Shown in pieces: positions 36,489-50,262 of a stretch of 64,000 nt of DNA. The stretch covers positions 27,179,233 through 27,243,232 of the forward strand of contig OZ316892.1 in the NCBI GenBank assembly GCA_973895155.1. The letters run 5' to 3'. The notes beneath the pieces are model-generated. The model made no database searches. It was not told the DNA's origin and saw nothing but the letters and a program-made list of their open reading frames with translations. The position numbers were made by a program, and so were the translations under genes. This DNA comes from Marsupella aquatica. Its lineage: Eukaryota; Plantae; Marchantiophyta. Every line of letters starts with the position of its first letter. Positions within the stretch are counted from its first letter, which is position 1.

Positions 36489-38589
36489 TGAACCAGAAGT
36501 GGTGGACCTCCCACCACGTGCACGTCCAAACTCGCTTCTTAGCCTTGAAACAAGTCAAAACTTGCACTAACACAAAATGTTGGGGCAAATTCTCTCCGAC
36601 TATACTCCTTGTCGTTAGCGACCCCTCCCATACGAAGCCGCACTTGCCCTCATTAGCATAACAGTTGCTCAACGGTCTTTACTATCTGCACAAGTAACCA
36701 ACCAATTGGTAAGAACCCGTCTTGATCTCAGAACACCCAAGATCATTGTCTTGCATCACTCTTAACAATTGTTAGTAAGTAGGTCAGCGGATAGAGCCTC
36801 CCAGGCCCGCATGGCCTTGCCATAAGCTGAAACTAAGGTCGGCATCATTGTTCGTCCGGAATAGTCTATCTATCGGATGTCGCCCAAGCTTCCCCACTTT
36901 ATATCCGTCAATGGCTGACCGCCCTGCCTCCAGGACATGCCCATGGCCCAAACTCAATTTGTCACAAACTAGTAGTAACACGCCGGGATCATTCAGTTTC
37001 TAGATCTTATCCACCTCTCTGTGAAACCGGGTTCCGCTCAACCTCTCACCATGCATTGGGACCAGATCTCAATGGCAGCCCCCAGAGTCTACTTGGTTCT
37101 ACCTCTCCAACATCAGGTCCCCATGGGAACCAAATGTGGTTTGGTTACTGTTTGACTTCGGATTGGCAAGAGGGACTCCCCCCATTGCAAGCCTCAAAAC
37201 CAAAACCATCCAATGCACAATCAAAGAGCACCATGAGGTAGATTTCTTCATTATCTTTCCAACGAGCCCAAGAACTCCCCCAACAGAGATCCGGTCGTCG
37301 CGTTATGCTTGTTTTTGCTTCAAAACTTGAAACAACGTATCTTCATCGATCGTGATCAGCTCGAGCTCAAACTTGAGAGGACCACTCCCCTCATATATGC
37401 TTCTGGGGACCTGCCACCCCCGGACCAGCTTTGGTCCCCTATCTTTGGCCCCCTACCCGAGGGTCCGTGGGCCCCGCCTCTTAGCTCGAAACGAAGATAA
37501 TCGAAAACCTTTTGTAACTTGGCCTTGAGCACAAATTGTGGCATAGGGGGCTAAAAGTTGCGGCCCTAAACCCGCTCTGGTCCAGGCAACCCCCTCTTGG
37601 TCCATCGATGTGCGACGACTCTAATCGAGTCTAAATCGGCCATAACTTTTGGCCCCTAGGTCCGTTGGCCAAAAAATATGCGGCCCATGATCGGGCTCAT
37701 GTGGGGCTTCTTGGGCCCCTATGGTGATCCATTGGAAAAATAGTTCATTTTTCCATGATTGGCAATGGACCCAAACTACAAGTATGCGGCTTGAGTTGGC
37801 CATAATTTTTGGCCACTGGGTCCGTTGGCCGAGAAATATGTGGCCCCATGATCGGGCTCATGTGGGGCTTCTTGGGCCCCTATGGTGATCCGTTGGAAAA
37901 ATAGTTCATTTTTCCATAATTGGCAATGGACCCAATAGAGTTATTTGAAGCGCGCTTTTCTCAAGCCTTGTCCTTGCTCTTACTAGCCTCCTCTTTGTTA
38001 GTTGCATCCCTAATGGCCATGATGGTAGCAAATCTAAGAGGGGCTCAACGCTGGAGTTAGGCAACGTCGGAGCAATTATGAGTAGGTGAAAGTTGTATTC
38101 GCGACTTGTACCCCCTTTTTTTAAATGGTTGATGTCTACGTCAACCGAATGGGTACCATACCACACGCCTAGACCAATTGGCGTCTAGAAGGTGATGTAA
38201 GGTAACAAGTGGTCCGTCCTATAAGGTAGACACGGACCTAGTTGAAGTGCGCATCTCAAGTCTTAGAGAAATTCAACTTATCTAACAAATGAGTTAGATG
38301 TCAGTATGCTTGGGCAAGCCGACTCCTTGTCCAACAAACCCTTCAATCTTCCCCGGAGATAACTCCCACAGGTTTGATCAAACTTGCTTACAATGTAATG
38401 CAAGTACCAAATAGCTTAACCGTAAGGATAGCAAAGTGGTTGCCCAACAACCACTAATTGGTGCAGGTTTGAGAACACTCTCGAGAGGCTAAGTGTGGTG
38501 AAACCAGGATACAACTTGCTTAGGTAATTGCAATCGCCCTACTTCAATAAGGGGGTGTTAAAAACTATTTCTTCCCTATGATTAATTCA
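36489..38589 (-). repeat. G2 3' LTR (~2.1 kb)
   Basis: TGAA...TTCA termini; adjacent CTTAACCCTCCTCT is a PPT on the minus strand; 36675-38385 is highly similar to 54794-56975; contains ~160-bp subrepeats. Confidence 0.7.
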
Positions 38590-40237
38590 ACTTAACCCTC
38601 CTCTATTCATTCGCTTTCGTATTAACCAATTAATCGTCCAACAACAGGGTAATCTTGTAAGTCGTGTTCATACTCTGAACCTGTAATTTCCGCTGAATGT
38701 TCTTTGATGTCTACTTCTTCTTTCCACTTCCTGGGTACGATCGACTCAGTTAATACTAATCCTTCCCTGTATATAATTTCTATAAATCCACACCATTCAC
38801 GATACGTGAAAATACAAATTGGAATACTCTCTTACCTTAACCGACGAGTGATTAGGTGCGAACCAATCGAACAGATCCATAATTCAATTGGCCTGAGCCT
38901 AATTAGTGAGGAATTCTTCCTATCCTCGTTGCTAGTAGTCATGCTTCCAGTGATTGTGATCTGATTAGATCCAATCATCTCATTGACACTCCCACCAGGA
39001 TTTTGATCAATTACTTATGCTACGGAGTAGATCAAGAAAAGCTATTCGCAAGTAGAATGTCAATTCAATGATTACTCCGTTATGCTGCAGGTGTATGACC
39101 ATTAGATGGTCATTCTCAAAACACACACACTTCAGCTAGACTCCACTACTTATGAGTTGTCTGTTGGTTTGTTTCCGTAAGGTGTTACTTCTCAACGTGT
39201 TCACTCTGAGTGAATTAATCCTCATTCATTCTCTCACAGTCAATCATCATCTCTTCATGTAGACACTCTCAACAATGTACTCATCCAAGAACAATTCATC
39301 AGGTGGTGCCATAATGATATATTGCTTTACTTCTCAACATCAAAATTCTACTCATATCTGAGCAGAGAACACTTAAAAGGATCTACTGATCATATTAAGG
39401 AAAGTCAGGCTTCGCCTTTCAATCAAATTACCTATTGTAAAAGTGGCACCCTGTTCTACGCTCTTGCCTGCCTTAAATACTATCTTCCGGAAAAATTATC
39501 GGTTTCCAACTGCCTGACTAACAAAAATGGTTATCTAACTTACTAATCGAACATAATTGCATAGCAGTTAATAAACTGTTGTTTTGCGATTACTAAACCG
39601 CAATCCGTAGTTCCCGATTGGTATACTCTGTTCAACTGAGACTACTGCATTGAACATCTCTATAAACGATTGGTGGTTGGAGTCGTGGTTTCTAAACTGC
39701 CAATGGTTAAGCTTCTCAATTCTGATGTCACATGATAGACATTAAATGGATCTTCTGGTTCACCAATGTTCCAAAAAATGATTACTTGTTCAGCGGCGAT
39801 TAGCCTCCAGCAGTGACGTTGTCATTGATCGAGTTCTCGTTCCAACGTCAAGTTCCACTTTGATGACATGATTCCCCTGCAAAATTCTTCAACAGCTTCT
39901 TGAGTAGTCAACTGTCGTTGGAAAGTTTCACCATTCATGCCAAAAAGCTGCTGCCCTGCTTATTCCATACTCGGTAGACTCCCTCCCTAAGACGGATCAT
40001 AAATTGGAACATGGGCTTCCCCTCTCCTATGAGCTTGCAAATATGAGTGCCTTGATCCCTACTGAAAACGTTTGATCGTTCTTCTCCCATTTGCCTTCGT
40101 TGTCTTGCTTTCACCCCCAGAGCGCAATCTCTGCCGTCTCCTAGCTTGGTATCGCATCCTTCATAGCAAAACCCTAATCTGGTACTACTCCAAATAGCAA
40201 AAATTGTTGTGCCTTCTAATGTTAGTCTCCCAGCCAT
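38590..40237 (-). pseudogene. Heavily decayed extra ORF 3' of G2 pol
   Basis: Reads as protein across many stops, e.g. MNGETFQRQLTTQEAVEEFCRG..., FWNIGEPEDPFNVYHV, YIIMAPPDELFLDEYIVE, MDLFDWFAPNH. Confidence 0.45.
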
Positions 40238-40339
40238 CTTACTAAGCTATTTCTACCTGCCACTGACCCTCTTAAATACTTGATCTATTATCTTTCGCTT
40301 GACGTTTCTCCACTAATTCTACTTAATTATTTTCTTGGT

Positions 40340-41258
40340 TTACAGGGGGGCAAGCCGCTCTGCTTACGATAGCTTGCAAGGATATTGGGACTGTGTTTTA
40401 GATTATCTTTGGGCTCCCATGTGCTTTCCGTTTGGTCGTATCCATACCACTTAACCAAATAGTCAAGCATTTGCTTTCCAAGTCAATGCTTGTATCGATG
40501 ATCAAGAATAGTCTCCACGACGTACTCCTCCACATCATCAACAAGCAAGGCATCGGGCCGGAGGACTTGTTGCCAATTTGGGTCCATATCCTTTACAAAT
40601 TTCTTGAGTCGGCTCACATGGTAACTTTTTCTCGATCCTCTTGAACCGGGCATGTCCAAAACTACAGAGACTGGATTATCCGTGTGGGCCCATCGCAAGA
40701 TGCGATAGGGTCTTGCGTACCTGGGTGCCAACTTCTGACTTATCTTATCATTGTATTGTTCGAGTCTCAATTGCAACCAGACGCTCTCCCCAATTTCAAA
40801 GCTCACCTGGCGTCGATGCTTGTCCCCTTGCTCCTTGTATCAACTTTGGGCAAGGGTCATCCCCTTGGTGGCTGCTTCCACCACTACACGCCACTCTCAA
40901 ATGAATTTGTCTGCTGCAAGAACCTTGCTTTCCGTTCGCCAAGTATCAGGATTTATGAACCAGGCCGGAGCTCTAGGTTTCCGGTGCGTGGCCAAAAAGA
41001 ACGGTGAAAATCTTGTCACCATATGCGTGGTCGAGTTATACCAAAACTTGGCCATAGTTAAGTGCGTTGACCAATCTTTTTGGTCAGCACTCACAAAATG
41101 GCGTAAATACTCCTCAAGGACCAAATTCAGGCGTTCAATCTGCCCATCGGTTTCATGATGGTAAGCAAACCCTCTGGTAAGGTCTGCACCTGATAACTGG
41201 AATAAAGTTTTCCAAAAATGACCCGTGAATTTGGAGTCACGATCAGACAAGATGTGCA
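40340..41258 (-). pseudogene. G2 integrase C-terminal part and chromodomain
   Basis: ILSDRDSKFTGHFW, HETDGQIERLN, KLAPRYARPY, EEYVVETILDHR..*..YLVKWYGYDQTESTWEP. Confidence 0.9.
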
Positions 41259-41594
41259 TGTGGGGAGAAATTAGATCAGGAAAAACCCCGGGAAAAACAC
41301 TCCAAACATACACGTGCTCAATAGTTACGTGGTTTGCCTCAAGGTTGGCTACGTCCACGGGAAGACCAAGCTTTATTAATGGTTATGTGTTTACTCAAGC
41401 ATCACCATAGCTCTCATTTCTTCAAGCTCTCATCTCTTGCTATATCACTGTGTTCTCTCTTGAGAACTCTCTTGTGTGTTCTCACTCCACATAGAAGTTG
41501 AAGAGATAAGGACCAATCTCTTCAACTAGGGTTTACTCTAATCCTAGTTAACATACTAACCATAGTTCAACCCAAGACTGAGTTAACCTCTACA
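41259..41594 (-). repeat. C1 3' LTR
   Basis: Near-identical to 50263-50585 apart from a small indel and substitutions. Confidence 0.95.
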
Positions 41595-41676
41595 AACTCC
41601 CCCTTGACTCATGTCTTGGGAGGGTTCATAACATTGTCTTTTCCTTACAAGTTCCTCCGCGGGAAGTTCAAGATAG

Positions 41677-41958
41677 TCTATTATGGATGCCAAGTATGTA
41701 GCGGCAGCAGAAGCAGCATAAGAGACCATTTGGTTGAAAAAGCTTGTCACGGAGATGGGTTTATCACAAGAGTGTGTATATCTTCATTGTGATAGTCAAA
41801 GTGCAATTTACACTGCCAAGAATCAGGTGATGGATGGCAGGGTAAAGCACATTGATGTCCGCTATCATTTCATCCGACAGGCATTATCGGATGATGAATT
41901 TGAGCTTGTCAAGATTGATGGAAGCTTAATCCAGCGGATGCTTTTACCAAAGTATTAG
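41677..41958 (+). pseudogene. Copia RNase H segment, inverted relative to the rest of C1
   Basis: AKYVAAAEAA*ETIWLK...LHCDSQSAI..AKNQV...KHIDVRYHFIR on the + strand. Confidence 0.9.
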
Positions 41959-42099
41959 ACTCCAATAGTTTTTCAAGGCATTGTAATTATTTATAAATAT
42001 TGTAAATATAAAGTTAACCAAGAAAATATCTCTATATGAGTACTCCATCCGATGGCTTATCGGCTACGGCTTAGTTCTAGTTAACCCTTGCATTAGGAG

Positions 42100-45000
42100 G
42101 AGGGTAGACTTCCAACTAATGCATCCACCAGCAAGTGTAAATACATATCCAGTTGTTGATCTCCTCTTATCCAAATCACCTGCGTAGTCTGCATCCACAT
42201 AACCTTGAAGCACTTTCATATTGTTTGAACTTGCATCAAACAATAAACCCTTCTTAGTGGAACCTCTAATGTAGCGCAAAATCCATTTCACTGCTTTCCA
42301 ATGAACTTTTCCTGGATTTGCCATGTATCTGCTTACTTTGCTAACGGCATAAGCTATGTCTGGTCGGGTGCATACCATGAGATACATTAAACTACCCACA
42401 ACACTTTCATAAGGAACTTTGGACATCAAACACTTTTCTGTTGCATCCGATGGACAAAATGCTACAGAAATATTAAAATGCCTTGCCAAAGGAACACTCA
42501 TAGCCTTAGCATCTGCCATGTTGAATTTTGAGAGCATCTTCTCTACATATCTTGTTTGCATCAGCCAAAGTTTGGCTGTGTTCACATCCCTAACAATCTC
42601 CATGCCTAGGATCCTCTTGGCTGTGCCCAAGTCCTTCATCTTAAACTCAGAACTAAGTTGGACCTTAAGTTTATCAACTTTGCCCCTATCCTTTGCTGCA
42701 ATGAGCATGTCATCCACATAAAGTACAATGATGACAAACTTAAAACCTGTGCTGTTCACAAGCCTGATGTAAACACATGGATCGTACACGCTTTGCACAA
42801 ATCCAAGCGATTTCAAAAATTCATCAAAATGCTTGTTCCACTGCCTTGGGCTCTGCTTTAATCCATACAAGGATTTTAGCAATCTGCATACCAAATTTTT
42901 CTTGCCCTTTTGCACAAAACCCTCTGGTTACCTCATGTAAATCACCTCATCAACGATCCGTATAAGAATGCTGTGACAACATCCATTTGATCTAAAACCA
43001 GATCAAATAAAATTGCAAGAGCACATAGCAAACGTATTGTTGAATACTTTGCTACGGGTGAAAAAACCTCATTGTAGTCTATACCTTTCTGTTAAGTAAA
43101 ATCCTTGGCTACCAACCGAGCCTTAAATATCTTCTCAGCATCCTCCGTGGGTCCATCTTTCTTCCTATACACCCACTTGCTGTCAACAGCCTGCTTGTCA
43201 CTAGATAAACTTGTGAGTTCCCAAGTCTTGTTATTATGAAGTGATTTCATTTCCATGCGCATTGCCGCTTGCCACTGTTGCTTCTCCATAGAAGCTAGGA
43301 CCTCTTGAAATGAGGATGGATCTCCATCTTCTATCACCAATGTATCAATAGATTCTTCATCCAAATCCACTTGATCAGAAGGAAGCCAAGTTCCATACCT
43401 TTCCCGGGCTTGACGTTTGTGAGTTCCTCTTCGCACTGAAGACTCTGGCTGATCTAATTGTAGTGTGCTTTGCCTTATAGTGGTGGCATCATATTCTTCA
43501 TCTAACACATCCTTTCCCCTTAAATCCTCTAGAGGAGGAGATTGCTCTTTGTTAGTAGTAGGGAATTGATCTATCTCCCCCTCCTTCAATGATTTTTCTT
43601 CATTGAAGGATACATCCCGACTAACAAGTAACTTGCAATCAACTGGATCCCACAACCGATAACCTTTAACTTCATGCTGATAACTAAGAAAAATGCATTT
43701 CTGGGCTCTAGGATCTAGCTTAGTCCTATTGTTGCTAGGAACATGTGCATATGCTTCACAACCAAAAATCCTAAGCTTTGAATAATCAGCAGGTCGATTG
43801 TGCCATAACTCAAAGGGGGGTTTTGTAAGTAATTGCCCGACTAGGAGAGAGATTTACTAGATAAGCAGTTATGTTGACAACTTCCACCCAAAGATTTGTG
43901 GCAATTTAGAGTGGCTCAACATGCTCCTTGCTCGCTCCAACAATGTGCGTTTGAGTCGCTCAGCAACACTATTTTGCTCAGGAGTGTACACAGTTGTGAG
44001 ATGGTGAGTAATTCCCTTATTTGTACAATACGTGTTGAACTCGCCAGAGGTGTATTCACCACCATTATCTGATCGTAGATATCTCACATTCTTTGTAGTC
44101 TGTGTCTCAACTTGAGCTACCCATTGTTTGAAGATGGAAAGCACTTCAAACTTATGGGCAATGAAATAAATCCAAATAAACCTTGAGTAATCATTGATAA
44201 ACGATACATAGTATTGTTTGCCTGAATGTGAGGAAACCGGAGCAGGACCCCACACATCGGAATGAATATACTCAAGTACAACTTTAGAATGATGAATGGC
44301 AGTCGGAAATGGAGTTCTTGTTTTCTTGCCGATAATGCAATGATCACAAAAACTCAACTTGCATGCTTGCAATCCTGGTAGGAGATGTCGCTTGTGTAGG
44401 ATTTCCAAACTTTTTTCACTCATGTGACCAAGCCAAGCATGCCATAAATTGATTTTCTCCTCTTGAGATGTGACCAAATTGACTTCGGCAAGAAGGGTGG
44501 TGCCTTCCAAGACATAGATGTTTCTTTTCCTCTTGCCAATAAGAACTTCATTTGATCCGTGCGTGACTGTTAACACCCCATCAGTTGCACTCCATTGATA
44601 ACCCTTCGCATCCAAGTAGCCAAGAGAAATCAAATTTTTACACATTTTTGGAATGTGTCTGACATTTGATAGAGTACAGTACTTGCCATCGGGTAGTTGA
44701 ATCTTTACGGATTCAATCTCTAAAACTTTGCAAGAAATAATTATTTCCCATCAAAACAGATCCGTTGATAGGAGTGTAGGATGAGAAAAATTCATGCATA
44801 TAACACATGTGATACGAGCAAGCAGAATTCAAGATCCATTGACAATCCTCAACTAACAAGAAGCCTTAAAGGGTGAGTAACAAGCCCAAACTCTAAGCAC
44901 TCTCGTAAAAAAATTGCAGAAACAAAGAAAATGGCAAAAAAGTGGCCAAAAATACTACCTATTTTTTGACAAAATTATAAAACAAACTGAAAGTATTAAA

Positions 45001-48000
45001 ATGACACACTTTTTTCACCATCTCCTAATTACAAAATGATCTCAACTTACTTTTGATAAAATTACTACCTATAATTTTACTATGCCATTTTAGCAATTTT
45101 TACCAAAACAGGATTTGTATTTTTAACAAACAATCAATTACCTCCATAATTCATTAGACTTGGGAAATATTCAAATTCATAAAATATGATCTCTTTTTTA
45201 CTCTCCAACATGCGCCCCTTCACTCTTTGAGGAAGACTTTTCAATGAAAGATGATATCTCCACAAATTCACCACCTACGCTTCTAGATGTACCCGTTTTG
45301 ATCCAAATCAGATCACTCAATGGCTCCTCTTTGACTCTCAACCTGGCTCTCAACATGCATGAGTTTGATTTGTTAGGCAACATCTGAATTTCACAAACAT
45401 ATTGACCCAATTGGGCTCCCCCAACCTCTTCTTGGGGACCTCTTCCAAATTCTTATTCTTCCCCTTCAAGTTAATTTCTTGATATTGATTGGCTTCCAAT
45501 CTCAGCCAAATGATGCAAGTGTGCCCGGGTGACCTTCTTGTGATGATCCATTCCTTGCCGGAATTATTTATAGCCTCAGTAGGTCTTCTTGTATCCCCGC
45601 TTGTGTCAGCGCTCTTACCCCTTCCTGGAATTTGAGAGATGTCAGACGACCATATTCACTCTCTCCCCTTGGTGCTTGTTGCAACGCTTGACCTTTCCAA
45701 AATGCACAAAAATCTGGTTTTGAGACAGGACTTAGTGTTTTTAGAAACTTGTTACATCGGTCTTCATGAATTCATGAGTCCGCTTTCTCAACTGTCCACT
45801 ATCTTGAAGACCCTTGAGTCGGACACCCAAATTAACACTAGTCTCAACCACATGGGATAGAACTTAACGCCCGGGGAGGCTAGTGCTCTCAAATGAGTGA
45901 GAAGAACTTAATGTAGACAAAACACACAAAAGAGCAAAAACCCTTTAACTTGAAACAAATGAAATAACATGTTTTCATGAATAGAGGGTGCCTATTTGTA
46001 CTTAATTGGTCCTTTCTCTAATTTAAATGAATAAGAAATGCTTAAATCATTTTTCAATAATTAAGCCAATCCTTTCATGACATAGATGAACAAGTCAAGG
46101 AAAAAGTTGAAAAAATTATATTTCCAAAAGTTTTTTATGACACAACACTTTATTAATTAGTCTTGTTGGCTACTAGGTGGTATCTTAGTCCTTTGACTTT
46201 TTGGCTTGTTGGGCAACTTAGGGCTTCTTTGGGCCTTTTCCCTTCCCCATACCTCCCTTTACTAGATTGCTCAATTATTAATCTCACAATATTGTTTGGA
46301 CTACGCAATCCAGTTTACTTGGAGAAATAAATCATTTTTAGGTTTGCATTCCCACGTTTCATGAGGATAAACATTGGCATTAAAAACCCATATGTTTTTG
46401 CCCACCAAGATACGTACTTCCATGACTCATGATTGGAGAGTTTGTCTTGTTGACCTACTGTTTCCATATGCTTTTTGGAATATTGGCATTTGGGGCACTT
46501 TTTGCTTTTATTTCACCATATTTTTTGCATTTCTTGAGATTGAGTGGTTTGTCTTTATCGCCTTTTCTTTCACTTTTGAAGTCTTTCTTTTGGCTATTCT
46601 GGAGATTTTCTCCCTAAGATACCTTATTCTCTTTCATGAATTCATGAAGGGGCTACCACCTGGGAAACTGAGAAACCAAAAGCTTCATGAATTCATGAAG
46701 CCCAAAACTGGTTGTGACAAAATACAAAGGGCAAAGACTGTGTTGCAAGCTCAATGACCTACAAAGGGCGAGGGTAGCCAATTGGCTATGGCAAAGGAGG
46801 CTGCGGCCTGGAGAGGAATAGCCCTCACTTAAGATCAAGTCGCATCAAGGTGCTGTCATCAGCTGCCGATTGAGGTCAGGCCTAATTTATGGTCTGGGAA
46901 CGGCTGCTAATCTCTACTGTCGCCTTCAAAATCCTGAAGCTGAAATTTTGAATTCCTGGTTTGATGTTGATGCTTTGATTGCTGGATTTCACCTGAGTGT
47001 TGGACTTTGATTTCTCAGATTTGGTTATTGAATGAGCTTCTACTGTGATTGACTGCTGCTTGAATTAGCTGTGGTAGACTCTGATTAAATGAGACAGATT
47101 CCAATTAGGGGAGATATCCACAAAGGATCAGGGATAATTTGTGAAAAATTGAGCTTGAGAGCTAGATCTCAATCGAGCAGACCTAAGGATTGAAGGGGGA
47201 GCGAGTGGAGGATGGGAGAGGGAGCAAGGGAGATTGGAATGGGATTGATAAGGATTGGAAGGGGATTGGAAGGGGGGCCATTAAGGGATTGGAGGAGGGT
47301 GGACAATTGACCGTCAGGGGAACGATCAACCATCAGAGGGGGATGGAGCACCGAAGGAGGGCAGTCGAGCATCAAGGGGATGATCAAACATTGGAGGGGG
47401 AGCGGTAAAAGATCGGGGGGAGGGCTTAGGATCGGGGAAGGGTTTCACTAATCAGGGACCGGGGGAGGGCCGATCGGGAATCAAGATTGATCCAGGGAAA
47501 ATTAAGGGTTGACCAGGCCTGGTCTGGGTCAAAAATGAGTCCAAGGTGGGTGGATTGGGAGCAGAAGCAAAGAGAACTATCGAGCTTGGGGGAACTAACT
47601 GGAGGGAGCTAGGAGGATCAGGTAGCTTCTTTCAGGTGAGAACCCGGCTTCATGATTTCATGAAGCCAAGTGGCTGCCCAAATCAAACTCGATGTACATT
47701 TTGATATTGGTATGGATCAAGAGAGTGAAGAGGACGTGAAGCGCACCAGAGTAGAGGGTGCAACAGAAGATGTAACTATTGAGCTAGCTCGGATTGAAGC
47801 AAGGATCTTCTAGAAGTGGAGAGGAGGTTAGAGAAGCCTTAGATTAGTTGAGTTGCATTGTATTTAGAGATTTAGTGTACTTAGATGCACACCTACAATG
47901 GATAGTGGCATTCTACTTAAGATTTTGAGTTTGCACAAACTCAGATCAAAGACCGTAAATTTTATGTTTGTAATTAAGTATGGATTTGTTGTTTTTGGTA

Positions 48001-49102
48001 ATTGTGAAAATGATGTTGAAAATATCCCAAGATTTTCATTGAAAGAATTATAATAGCAAAGTTCACAAAACATGTTTCATTTTTATATGTTTTTTTAAAG
48101 CACTTTGGAAAAATCATGAAAATCTTGAAAAAGGAATTCGGGCCTTGGACTCATCCCTTAAGGCTCCATGTTAACTTGGGAAGTGGTACACAATGCAAAT
48201 CCTTCACTATCCTCTTATCGAACAACTACTTGGGTTGAAGAACTGGCAACTTCCTTGAATGTGTCTTTGACGCGACAATCCTCCTTCATGTGGCCCACTT
48301 TGTCACACTTCCAACACTTTATCTCACGAGTAGACTTGGATGGTGATTTGGATCAAGATCTAGATCTAAACCTGCTCCTACCAAATGATCGCTCCTGGAA
48401 CCTTCCTCGCTCCATGGGTAGAAGGTTAAACCTTTTATTTTCATGAAATGGTTCCCTTCTCTTGCCTCTTTCTACCAACAATGCTGTTGATGATGACGTT
48501 GAGGTAGGATGAGCTGAAGAAACCAGCTTAGACTGCATATCATCGGTCAACAGGGCACTCACCACATCATTGTAGGATATAGTGGTCTTATCACAAAATA
48601 GAAGAACTCGAGACAAAGATTGGTACAAAGGTAGTAGTGAGCTCAAGAGTTGTAAGGCTTTTTTTTCTTTGCTCAAATGCTCCTCCAAATTCTCTAGGTC
48701 AACCACAAGATCATTGAACTGATCGATATGATCTTGAATCTTGACTCCATCAGCCATTTTGAATTGCATGAGCTTCATGCTTGCATATATTCGGTTTGAT
48801 ATCTCCTTCTTGTAGTACTTATTGCGTAATGCTTGAAACAAGTCCATCACCGTTTGTGTTGATTTTTCCTCGAACTGCTTCTTCACATTGTTTTTCAGGT
48901 ACATGCCAACAATGCTTACCGCTTGATCCTGGAGATCATGCCAATCATCATCTTCCATCTCCTTGGGTTGAGATCTTAGCACCTTGCCTAGGCCCATCGC
49001 CCTAAGTGCATCCCTCACGTTACGTTCCCACATTGTATAGTCCATTCGACCATCAAATTTTTCCACCTCAAACCTTTGACCTCCAATCCTAGTAGTCGCC
49101 AT
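42100..49102 (-). pseudogene. C1 gag-pol (gag, Zn knuckle, protease, integrase, RT), frameshifted and interrupted
   Basis: FEVEKFDG, CWKCDKVGHMKEDC, WILNSACSYHM, LWHAWLGH, HSDVWGP, LRSDNGGEY, KARLVAK, LYGLKQSPRQW, LYVDDML, YVDADYAGD, ISWKS. Confidence 0.9.
44861..48166. mobile_element. Non-autonomous TIR DNA transposon (~3.3 kb, ~30-bp TIR, 4-bp TSD; Sola-like)
   Basis: Left AAGCCTTAAAGGGTGAGTAACAAGCCCAAA vs right reverse complement GAGCCTTAAGGGATGAGTCCAAGGCCCGAA; flanks CAAG/CATG. Removing it and one TSD restores the Copia frame QVNMLVEDCQWIL. Confidence 0.75.
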
Positions 49103-50246
49103 CGCTGGAATGCCAAATGTTGTGTTGAGTTGCCTTCCGCAAGAATTAAATGTCAAATACTCAGATGTGGGGTGTGAAAATAAGGCCAAAAATGAAAGTT
49201 GGTGAATTTTGAAACTAATCACTCATGTGTGTAGCCCACAAGGTAACGCTCCAAATTCTGAAAACAATTTGTCAAATGGACTCTCGAGTGCCGAGAATTT
49301 TTACTCCGACCGGAGGGGGGTAAAAGATGAAATAATTACCCCTCAAGGGAATCTATTATGCCAAATATTCCACTAGTATACTTTTTCAAAATTGAACGCA
49401 TCAATACTTGCCTAGCTTCCCCAAGTACTCTTCTCCAAAAGTTGAAGTTGATCCGATTTTGTTTGCCGCTTGGAACTTTGACTTTCGGTAAAAATTTAAG
49501 CCTATGGAAAAGAATCTTTTTGGGAAATTCCGTCCGCCCTTGTACAGCCCCTGTGCGGGACTTCACAGGGGTCACTTCCCCCTGCTCGAGCCCTATCACG
49601 CCCTAAAAGGCCTTCCTCAAACTTTTTGACCTCCTTGCGCGCCTGCGCAAGTTGCGACTACTCACGGCAGAAAGTACCCCTCGGCGGATTCATTCAAATT
49701 CCCGTCTCAGTTTTTTACGAAATCCAATTCTGATTCAGAAACTAGACTTTGAGGGCATCAAGATCGATATAAAGAACTTGCAAAATGATGGAGTTATGAG
49801 GGAGAAACAATTCGGTGAAAGTGACTGATATTAAGTTATTCGCCATAGCCAAAAGTTTGAGCTCAAAAAACGAGAATTGAAATTAAGATTGCTTCTCAAC
49901 CGTTTGATGGAATTCAACGATGTTGATATTGAAATATCTAGAATGACAAGGCGCTCAAGTGTATCTTAGTTTCAAGTCCCGATAGAACAATAAAAAAGAC
50001 TGATCTGAGAAATTGACCTTATCTCTTGACGGTAACATAAATTGAAAACCGTCACTTACAATTGTTTCTGTTTCTGACCTCAGGCCTTCATTGCTTCACT
50101 GAAATGAGCCCCTGGTTGTGTGCTCCACACTTGTGAGAAGATTGAGTTTGATCTTCTTCCAATAGCTTCGCTTCGAAGAGGAAATCATCCGTTGTTTGCT
50201 TTGCTTGAAGCAAGTTCTATGGAGTCCTAATCGATTGAAAAAATTT

Positions 50247-50260
50247 GAGCTTTGATACCA
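50247..50260 (-). promoter_or_regulatory. C1 primer-binding site (tRNA-iMet)
   Basis: Minus strand TGGTATCAAAGCTC, 2 nt from the LTR. Confidence 0.9.
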
Positions 50261-50262
50261 AT

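Noticed and set aside
46374-46757. Hydrophobic 127-aa ORF as a membrane protein
   Set aside because: T-rich low-complexity sequence inside a non-autonomous element, TTG start, no family motifs.
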